From Promethearchaeota archaeon (GTDB lineage: Archaea > Asgardarchaeota > Lokiarchaeia > Sigyniarchaeales > SOKP01): a DNA stretch of 19,141 bases. How positions within the stretch are numbered: position 1 is the stretch's first letter; each line of letters begins with the position of its first letter. Below the pieces are notes generated by a model. That model searched no databases. It was not told where the DNA came from and worked only from the letters and a program-made list of their open reading frames with translations. The position numbers and the translations under genes are program-made. The DNA lies in assembly GCA_048941265.1 (NCBI GenBank), contig JBHLNT010000073.1:1-19141 (forward strand), given 5' to 3'. Positions 1 through 7,196 of the stretch are shown one piece after another.

Positions 1-456
1 TATGATATATTATATGGAGAAGTTTATGCCACATCTCCTAATCTTGAAGGAATTGCAGGATGGCTACATTCTGAAAACGCATATACAACAATAGAGAGAC
101 AATTAAAGAGTGGAGGGGCAAAAGTTATTTCTAAACTTGGTATGGAATTTTATAAAAAATCAAAACATATTCAAGAATTTACTGATTTGATTCATAAGAA
201 AAATGCTCCCTTTAAACATTGGTGTTTAGACCAAATTGGAGTTGATCCTAATTTTCAAGGAAAAGGACATGCGGGAGTTTTACTAAAAGCTATGTTTACC
301 AGATTAGATCAAGAAGGGATATCTATTTACCTTGAAACTCATAAAGAAAAAAATGTGGCCATTTACCAACATTATGGGTTTAAAATTCTTGAAAACACTA
401 CGATTCATGACACCGATCTTCGCAAATGGGCCATGTTAAAAGAACCTTCTATTTAA
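1..456 (+). CDS. GNAT-family N-acetyltransferase, 5'-truncated by the window edge
   Basis: Frame +1 is open from base 1 (YDILYGEVYATSPNLEGIAGWL...) into the listed ORF 142..456. Acetyl-CoA-binding motif A IGVDPNFQGKGHA and the downstream YLET..N..Y.HYGF motif are present. Stop TAA at 454-456. Confidence 0.85.
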   Translation, partial: YDILYGEVYATSPNLEGIAGWLHSENAYTTIERQLKSGGAKVISKLGMEFYKKSKHIQEFTDLIHKKNAPFKHWCLDQIGVDPNFQGKGHAGVLLKAMFTRLDQEGISIYLETHKEKNVAIYQHYGFKILENTTIHDTDLRKWAMLKEPSI

Positions 457-582
457 TTATTTACATTTAGCTTTTCATAAGGAGATAGAATTAAAAAAAC
501 AGATTCAACATAATAAAATGATTTTGACGTTAAATGCTCAAAATAATGAGTAAAATAAAAAAAAATTTGGAAAATTTGAAGT

Positions 583-1584
583 TTATAATTTTTTCACAAT
601 AAGTTCTGCCATACGGTTGGAGAAACCCCATTCATTATCGTAGTATGAAAGGATGAATACTTCATCTTCAATTGCTTTTGTCCAAATACTACTAAAGATA
701 GAGCTATGTGCATTTCCGATTATATCACTACTTACAATTGGATCATCACTATATTCTAAAATTCCTTTCAATGAATTATTTGCAGTCGCTTTCATCTTAG
801 CATTAATATCTGCTGCACTACATTTGTTCTCTACAATTGCTTTTAAATCAACTACACTACCGTCTGCTGTAGGAACCCGAATAGCGATTCCATCTAATTT
901 TCCTTTAAGATCTGGATATATCTCTCCAATTGCTTTTGCAGCACCTGTGGATGTTGGTATCATATTTTGGGCTGCGGCTCTACCTCTTATCATTTTTTCA
1001 GGTCCACCTGCTCTAGCAACATCTACATTGGATTGGTCATTTGTATAAGAATGAATAGTTGTCATTAATCCATATTTTATTTTAAAGTTTTCATGTAGGA
1101 CTTTTACAACTGGAGCTAAACAGTTAGTAGTACAAGATGCATTTGAAATTATTTTATGATCACTGGTAATTTTATCGTCATTACAGCCTAACACAACCGT
1201 AATATCGGGATTTGTAGCTGGAGCACTTATTAAAACTCTTTTTGCTCCTGCAGCCAAATGTTTACTCGCTCCTTCTCTGTCTACAAATCTACCTGTGGAC
1301 TCTACAGCAACATCAACGTTATTTGATGCATGTGGTAAATTTGCTGGATCTCTCTCGGCCGTTACGGGAATCTCTTTTCCATCAACAATAAGAGCTTTAT
1401 CTGTAGCACTTACTGTCCCTTCAAATCTTCTGAAAACAGTATCATATTTTAAAGAATAGGCTAAATATTTTGGCTCGAAAAGATCATTGATAGATACTAT
1501 TTCGAGTCCTGGATTTCCCCATGCTGCCCTAAAAAAGAGCCTACCAATTCTCCCAAAGCCATTTATCGCCACTATTTTTGCCAT
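583..1584 (-). CDS. gap: Class I (bacterial/eukaryote-type) glyceraldehyde-3-phosphate dehydrogenase
   Basis: INGFGRIGR Rossmann motif, catalytic SNASCTTNCLAP, PTSTGAAKA, RVPT, YDNEWGFSNR; 333 aa. Confidence 0.97.
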   Translation of the reverse strand: MAKIVAINGFGRIGRLFFRAAWGNPGLEIVSINDLFEPKYLAYSLKYDTVFRRFEGTVSATDKALIVDGKEIPVTAERDPANLPHASNNVDVAVESTGRFVDREGASKHLAAGAKRVLISAPATNPDITVVLGCNDDKITSDHKIISNASCTTNCLAPVVKVLHENFKIKYGLMTTIHSYTNDQSNVDVARAGGPEKMIRGRAAAQNMIPTSTGAAKAIGEIYPDLKGKLDGIAIRVPTADGSVVDLKAIVENKCSAADINAKMKATANNSLKGILEYSDDPIVSSDIIGNAHSSIFSSIWTKAIEDEVFILSYYDNEWGFSNRMAELIVKKL

Positions 1585-1781
1585 TATTCATCAACTATTT
1601 TTCTATTTAATTTTTAATAAATTGGTTCTAATTGTACTAAAAATGATGATTTTATTTGTGTTTGTTAGTTTATTAATTTTTTAGTTTTACTTTTTTTAAG
1701 GAATTAGCCCATTATCTAAAAACCAGCAGAATTCTGCTTTAAAAATAAATAAGAAAAAGTAAAAAATAAGATCTTTAAAAC

Positions 1782-2552
1782 TTAGGTTTCTCCTTCCTCG
1801 AATTCCTTCCCCATAAGTCTTACTACAGCGTCGGCAAGTTTGTTTTGGCTACGGCTCATAATTCCTTTTATTTTACCCTCCTTTCCGGTTACCCTTAGCA
1901 TTATTCCATTCCAGACCGATGAGGGCTCTCCTTTTACTTTTCTGAATCTATCTCTAAAAATTTTTACATCAATTTTATTATAATTTTCAGCCGCAGTAGA
2001 GCATTTAAAACATAGTATGCATAAATCTTTATCGATAATTATCTCCGAACCCTTTCGGGACAAAGCACCTACGGCACATTCATCGCAGAAAGCATCAATT
2101 ACCTTGTTATCTTTTTCACTGGATGTAATTGTAATATTACCCTCTACTACTTTCCGGACCTCTTGCCCATTTTCTAACGTTCTAACTTCTTCCTCAAACT
2201 CTGGAAGCGATCCATTTTCCACTAAGTTTAATTTTTTCTCTCCATTAATGAATAGTTCTAAAGTATAACCAGGGCAGATCCATGTGCAACTGCCACACCA
2301 TATACATTTCTCTAAATCTACAACAATTTTATGGTCTGATTCGATTCCCATCTCTTCAGGAGTCCCAATCGCGGTCTTTTTTAAAGGTTCATCGTAGATG
2401 CTAACGGTAACAGGACAAACTCGGTGGCAAAATCCGCATTCTACGCATTTATCTTCATGATATCGGAGCACCATATCGTGTGATAGCATTTTATATTCGT
2501 AATCTATAGTGTTCTCGTCAACTTGAATTGCTTTTTTAGACGGTAGAGACAT
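1782..2552 (-). CDS. Polyferredoxin-like 4Fe-4S protein (FwdF/MvhB-like)
   Basis: Two complete motifs (CVECGFCHRVCP, CIWCGSCTWICP) and two partial ones (FCDECAVGA, CILCFKCSTAA). Confidence 0.8.
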   Translation of the reverse strand: MSLPSKKAIQVDENTIDYEYKMLSHDMVLRYHEDKCVECGFCHRVCPVTVSIYDEPLKKTAIGTPEEMGIESDHKIVVDLEKCIWCGSCTWICPGYTLELFINGEKKLNLVENGSLPEFEEEVRTLENGQEVRKVVEGNITITSSEKDNKVIDAFCDECAVGALSRKGSEIIIDKDLCILCFKCSTAAENYNKIDVKIFRDRFRKVKGEPSSVWNGIMLRVTGKEGKIKGIMSRSQNKLADAVVRLMGKEFEEGET

Positions 2553-2642
2553 ATTTTTTCACTCTCATTTTTAATTCTTTTAATTAAAATATTACTCTTT
2601 TTTTTTAATATAATTTATAATGTAAAATTTCATGAATCGAAA

Positions 2643-3797
2643 TTAGGTTTTTTCTAATTCCATTTTTGCTATTGCTTTTCCGCTCCTAAATGGAATATCA
2701 TCAACGGAATGTCCGCTTTCATACTTGAACTTTTCTTTAAAAGCATCATTTAACGACTGGAAATATAAAGATAGCGGTAAATTCATTGGACAATTATTGT
2801 CGCAGTTGCCGCATTCAACGCATCGGTCTGCGTCATGGGCGATTCTGGTAAGTTGATATGAAATGTTATCAATAGTTTTTTCTTTTTTCTTATTCATCAG
2901 GATACAATCTACGCAATAACACACTGGACATCCTCGAATGCACATTCCACATGCGGTACATTTTTTGAGTCTTTCTAATTTTTCCTCTTGTGGAACTTTC
3001 GCCCATTCTTCTAAATCTTTAACTCTCTTCTCCCTTGCTTGAGCTATTATATCCTCATATTTTTGGGTATGAGTCTTTTTAATATCATTGGGAAGAGGTT
3101 TTTTACTAATACCCGATTTTTCCAGGACAGTGTTCCCATTTTCGGAATATACTTTTAATATAATTTCATTAGAATCTATAGGAATTCCAAGATCACTTAC
3201 GGATAAATCAGCAATAATGGGCAATTTTCTATAGCATCTAAGACAATTTTCGGCAACGGTGAGATCAAGTTCTTTGCTACTTCCATCATCTAATTTAACG
3301 ATAAGGCCCTTATCTCCGACCTTTTCTTTAATAATTTTTGCTGGATCAATATCTTTTATTTTTTTTATATCTCTTCCTGCCTTAGGAAGTAGTCCTCTGT
3401 CTTCTATAGCAATAATAAAAAGATTATCTAGGTTGATCTGCTTTATTTTAGCAAGCTCAATTAAAGCTCTTGTATCACATGGTCTCGCAATAAGTCCAAC
3501 TTTTTCTTTCATCGCTCCTTGGACTGATTTATGAAGATACTTAGATGCGGAATCCGTTCTGGCATATCCATATGCAATTAAATTTGTTAATGGAAATATC
3601 GCAGTATCCTCTGCTTTTTCCATTAATTTCGGAACTACTGTAAATCTATCCTCTAAATTAGTTTTTTTATCAACTTTTGTTTCAGCACTAATGATTTTAT
3701 CTACAATTTTCTCTTTCAATAGTGTATTCAATAATTCCGGAAAATCTTCAATTTTTATTAGAAACTCTCCTGTTGCGTCCATATGTTTCCAACTCAT
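2643..3797 (-). CDS. FdhB/FrhB-family (F420 dehydrogenase beta subunit-like) protein with a C-terminal 2x[4Fe-4S] domain
   Basis: KVGLIARPCDTRALIELAKIKQINLDNLFIIAI resembles the FdhB core; ENCLRC, ADLSV; C-terminal CTACGMCIRGCPVCYCVDC and CVECGNCDNNCP. Confidence 0.8.
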   Translation of the reverse strand: MSWKHMDATGEFLIKIEDFPELLNTLLKEKIVDKIISAETKVDKKTNLEDRFTVVPKLMEKAEDTAIFPLTNLIAYGYARTDSASKYLHKSVQGAMKEKVGLIARPCDTRALIELAKIKQINLDNLFIIAIEDRGLLPKAGRDIKKIKDIDPAKIIKEKVGDKGLIVKLDDGSSKELDLTVAENCLRCYRKLPIIADLSVSDLGIPIDSNEIILKVYSENGNTVLEKSGISKKPLPNDIKKTHTQKYEDIIAQAREKRVKDLEEWAKVPQEEKLERLKKCTACGMCIRGCPVCYCVDCILMNKKKEKTIDNISYQLTRIAHDADRCVECGNCDNNCPMNLPLSLYFQSLNDAFKEKFKYESGHSVDDIPFRSGKAIAKMELEKT

Positions 3798-3840
3798 ATT
3801 TTCAAGGAAATTTATTTAAATTTTATTTTTGAAAAAATTA

Positions 3841-3857
3841 CTTTATATATATCTTTT
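3841..3857 (-). promoter_or_regulatory. Candidate BRE/TATA box for the fdhB-like gene
   Basis: Minus strand AAAAGATATATATAAAG about 45-60 nt upstream of ATG 3797. The AT-rich background makes this weak. Confidence 0.3.
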
Positions 3858-3891
3858 AATTTAATATTGAATTTTTTTTGAAATTATTTAA

Positions 3892-3966
3892 AATGTGTCA
3901 ATGGTGCTCCCATTCCCTCTGTTAGGTTCTCATTTTTTTTAACCTAACGTCATAAGTGAACACATT
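3892..3966 (-). promoter_or_regulatory. Eukaryote-type SECIS element (selenocysteine insertion sequence) in the 3' UTR of mvhD
   Basis: RNA reads AAUGUGUU-CACUU-AUGAC-GUUAGGUU-AAAAAAAAUGAG-AACCUAAC-AGAG-GG-AAUGG-GAGCA-CCAUU-GACACAUU. Helix I is 3966-3959/3899-3892, AUGA is 3953-3950 facing GA at 3919-3918, helix II is a perfect 8 bp (3948-3941/3928-3921), and the apical loop is A-rich. It begins 6 nt after the mvhD stop. Confidence 0.9.
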
Positions 3967-3972
3967 AAATTC

Positions 3973-4419
3973 TTAAGCTTTCGCTTTTTTTTTAGGTGTG
4001 TTTGTTTCTGGTCGTAAGGGACTTGGTCCTAATTCTCTAATTATTTTGTCGAATGCAATAGCCACATTTTGGAACTTTTGTCCTTCTGCTGCAGTACAAT
4101 AATCCATTTTTAATCTTTTTTCATCCAAGCCAATAATATGTAAAACCTGTTTAAGGTATTCCACTTGGCGGTAAGCAAAGTAATTCCCTGTTTCATAATC
4201 ACATTCTTTTGGATATCATCCAACAATCATTACACCGTCAGCACCCCTTCCAAATGCTCTCATTACGACATCAGGTCCTACTCTACCAGTACAAGGAACT
4301 AATACAGTTCTTAGAGATGAGGGGTATTGGGCACGTATAGTACCCGCCATATCAGCAGAACCATAACCTCATTTCCAACATAAAAATGCTATGATCTTAA
4401 TATCCTCATTTTCCGTCAT
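3973..4419 (-). CDS. mvhD: MvhD/VhuD-family [2Fe-2S] subunit, selenoprotein with two Sec (U17, U68), 148 aa
   Basis: ATG at 4419 with RBS GAGGTGA 5 nt upstream. Translation: MTENEDIKIIAFLCWK*GYGSADMAG...VPCTGRV...GADGVMIVG*YPKECDYETGN...; TGA at 4371-4369 and 4218-4216 occupy the family's CxxC and GC..xC cysteine positions. The frame continues into the listed ORF 3973..4164. Confidence 0.93.
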
Positions 4420-4432
4420 AATCTTCACCTCT

Positions 4433-6400
4433 CTACTCCGGCATTGGTAATAATTCATCCATTAAAGCCATATATTGGTCATCTCTATAGTAAGTAAGTT
4501 CAATTGCCTTGGAGGGACAAAGTGAAGCACATGTTCCGCATCCTCTACATTTTATCAGATCCACTACCAAATTTCCTGTTTCATTTACCGAAATTGCGGT
4601 GTAAGGACATGCTTCAATACATTTATAGCATTTCGCGCATCTTTCATCTGATGGTTTGGCCCGAATTAACTCCATAGTATATTCTCCTTTACTCATGGGG
4701 ATTCCAGCGGTAGACGCAGCCCCTTTCGCTTGACTAACTGCTTTGTCAATTTCTTTTTGTCCCTGAGCAGAACCACAGATATATATTCCAGGAACTTTTG
4801 TACTAATTGGATCGAGTCGAGCATGATATTCTTTAAGAAATCCATCAGGGCTTTTTTCCATATTAAGTACTCTAGCGATTTCTACGGTACCTTGGGATGG
4901 AAGTGATGCTGGTGAAAGAACCACCATCTCGAATTCAGCTGTTATAACTATATCGGTACCTACAGGTTCCATCTGGACGATCAGATTTTTAGTTTCAGGA
5001 ACTTCTTCAATTTTGCCTACTAATCCCTTTACAAAAATTATACCCGCATCCCGAGATCTTCTGTAATATTCTTCGTAATCCTTACCAGCACACCTCATAT
5101 CAATGTAACTACACATAATTTGTGAGTCGGGGTATTCTGATTTGATAAGTTTCGAATTCTTAAGAGATAAATTGCAACAAATAACACTGCACCACGGATT
5201 TTTACTAACATCTCTTGATCCAACACAATTAATAAATAAGATCCTTTTAGGTCTTTCTCTATCAGATGGTCGCTTTAGATGACCGAATGTGGGTCCATTT
5301 GGTGCGATAATTCTTTCCAATTCAATTTGATTGATAACATTTTCATAAGTTCCGTATCCATAATCATCACCATGGTAGAGATCCCATCCTGTAGCAACGA
5401 TGATGGTTCCCACTTCGAGTTCGATAGTGTTATCTTGCTGACTAAAATCTATTGCCTCCTGCTCACATCCATCAACACATGCAAAACATTCTACACAAGA
5501 ATCCCTCACAATATCCCGGACAGCAGGAACTGCTTGTGCGAATGCAATATCAATAACCTTTCTGGCCGAGAGATACTCGTCAAAATAATTCGGAACATAG
5601 ATTGGACATGCTTCTGTACAGGTTCCACATCCGGTGCATTTAGTTTCATCAATAAATCTAGCTTTTCTCTTAATTTTTATCTTAAAATTTCCAATATATC
5701 CATCTACTTTTACAACCTCACTATAAGTTAAAATTTCAATGTTAGGATGACGATTGCTTTCAAGCATCTTTGGACCGAGAATTCATATTGAACAATCATC
5801 TGTAGGAAATGTTCGATCCAATTGGCTCATTCGACCGCCAATTGTAGTATTTTTTTCTACCAGATACACTTTATATCCAGCATCTCCTAAATCAATGGCT
5901 GCGGTTAGTCCAGCAATGCCTCCACCAACAACAAGAGCAGTTGGATTTACTGGAACTGTCATGGTTGGAACATCCTCCAGAAGTTTTGCCCTGGCAATAC
6001 CCGCTCTTATTAGTTCGATAGCCTTTTGTGTCGCTTTTTCGCGTTCCTCAGGAGCTTGATGAACAAATGAACAGTGCTCACGAATATTCACAAATTCTAA
6101 GTATCTAGGTGGTAATCCCATCTCTTTCAAAATAGCGTGAAAAACTGGTAAATGGGTCTTAGGAGTACAAGCTGTTACCAAAATCCTATCAAAAGGATGT
6201 TCTTCATATTGTTCCTTAATATATGATGAACCTCCCTCTGTACATAGAGATAAATAGGGGTAAGCCCAGACATTATCTAATTTATTAATTTCATCAACGA
6301 TCTTAGGGATATCTAAAATTCCAGCAATGTTAATTCCTCAGTGACAAACAAACACACCTATTTTCAATTCTTCATTATCATTGGTCTGATTTTCAGACAA
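4433..6400 (-). CDS. hdrA: Heterodisulfide reductase subunit A (FAD/Fe-S), selenoprotein with two in-frame TGA (U21, U206), 655 aa
   Basis: TTG at 6400 with GGTGA 5 nt upstream (same geometry as mvhD; an in-frame GTG at 6409 is an alternative start). KIGVFVCH*GINIAG (TGA 6340-6338) and FPTDDCSI*ILGPKM (TGA 5785-5783) join the listed ORFs 5783..6181 and 4433..5767 in one frame. GGGIAG FAD motif, CVGSRD..CSVICC and ferredoxin motifs are present. Stop TAG. Confidence 0.95.
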
Positions 6401-6502
6401 ATAATTCACCTTTTAGAATCCTTTCCTCCTTAGTTTTAAATGGTAATTAGTGTTAATTTACCTTTTTTGAAATAATTAAATTAGTTTATATTATAAAAAG
6501 TA

Positions 6503-6540
6503 AAATAGTTGATATTATTAAAGTTAAATCCTTATCAAAA
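6503..6540 (-). promoter_or_regulatory. Conserved 38-bp upstream element, copy 1 (before hdrA)
   Basis: + strand AAATAGTTGATATTATTAAAGTTAAATCCTTATCAAAA, 34/38 identical to 9216..9253, same orientation relative to the gene. Confidence 0.7.
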
Positions 6541-6659
6541 ATCTCTTTTTTAGATATTATACAATTATGTGAAAAGAAATTTAATTTGTTGTAAGAATCT
6601 ACTTTAGTAAAAATTTAAACTATAACAAATGAAAATAAAAAGAAAAAATAAAATTATAA

Positions 6660-7196
6660 TTATTTTAAATCAGCAAGTTGTTCAGCAAACAAGCGTTTAA
6701 CAGCTTCAATTCTAGTCTCTTCGCCTATTTGTTCCACGTTCTTCAACGCTATCGCTTCTTTAGGGCATACAGTAATGCATTGTGGTTCTTTCTTTCCGAC
6801 TTCGGGATCTATGAATTCTTCTCGCATACTTTCACAAAGGTCGCATACAAGAGCCTTCTGGGTATCCATATGAAGCGTTATTACTCCAAAATCGCAAGCT
6901 CGAACACAAAATCCACAACCATTGCATTTGTCCTCATCTACTATAATTGATCCATCCTCGTTTTTATCCAATGCCTTCTCTGGGCAGGCGCGAATACATG
7001 GAGCATCTTCACATTTCTGGCAAGCAAGAGCGATATTTAAAATGGGTTCTATTCTAACCCTGTGAATACGGGTCTTAATCGGATTGAATTCGCCATCGTG
7101 AACAAATGAACATACACTCTCACAAGTCTCGCAGCCAGTACATTTGTCCGCATCAACAACGATAAACTGATGGATCCTCTTTTTCTTAGCAGACAT
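6660..7196 (-). CDS. 4Fe-4S dicluster electron-transfer subunit of the AOR-family enzyme (DmsB/HydN-like)
   Basis: CTGCETCESVC, CQKCEDAPCIRACP, CNGCGFCVRAC, CDLC..PQCITVCP. Its ATG directly abuts the aor TAA (TAAATG), suggesting translational coupling. Confidence 0.9.
   Translation of the reverse strand: MSAKKKRIHQFIVVDADKCTGCETCESVCSFVHDGEFNPIKTRIHRVRIEPILNIALACQKCEDAPCIRACPEKALDKNEDGSIIVDEDKCNGCGFCVRACDFGVITLHMDTQKALVCDLCESMREEFIDPEVGKKEPQCITVCPKEAIALKNVEQIGEETRIEAVKRLFAEQLADLK

Noticed and set aside
1590-1600. 11-nt match (ATCAACTATTT) to part of the 38-bp motif next to the gap start
   Set aside because: Opposite orientation relative to its gene, sits at the RBS position, short and AT-rich; probably chance.
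3973-6400. hdrA and mvhD as pseudogenes or split genes, as the ORF track suggests
   Set aside because: All four interruptions are TGA, in frame, at Cys-motif positions, with no frameshifts and a SECIS downstream; random decay would not give this pattern.
6421-6431. AGGAGG Shine-Dalgarno-like sequence suggesting an upstream ORF before hdrA
   Set aside because: No ATG at suitable spacing; the nearest in-frame GTG (6409) is 15 nt away, and GGTGA/TTG 6400 fits better.
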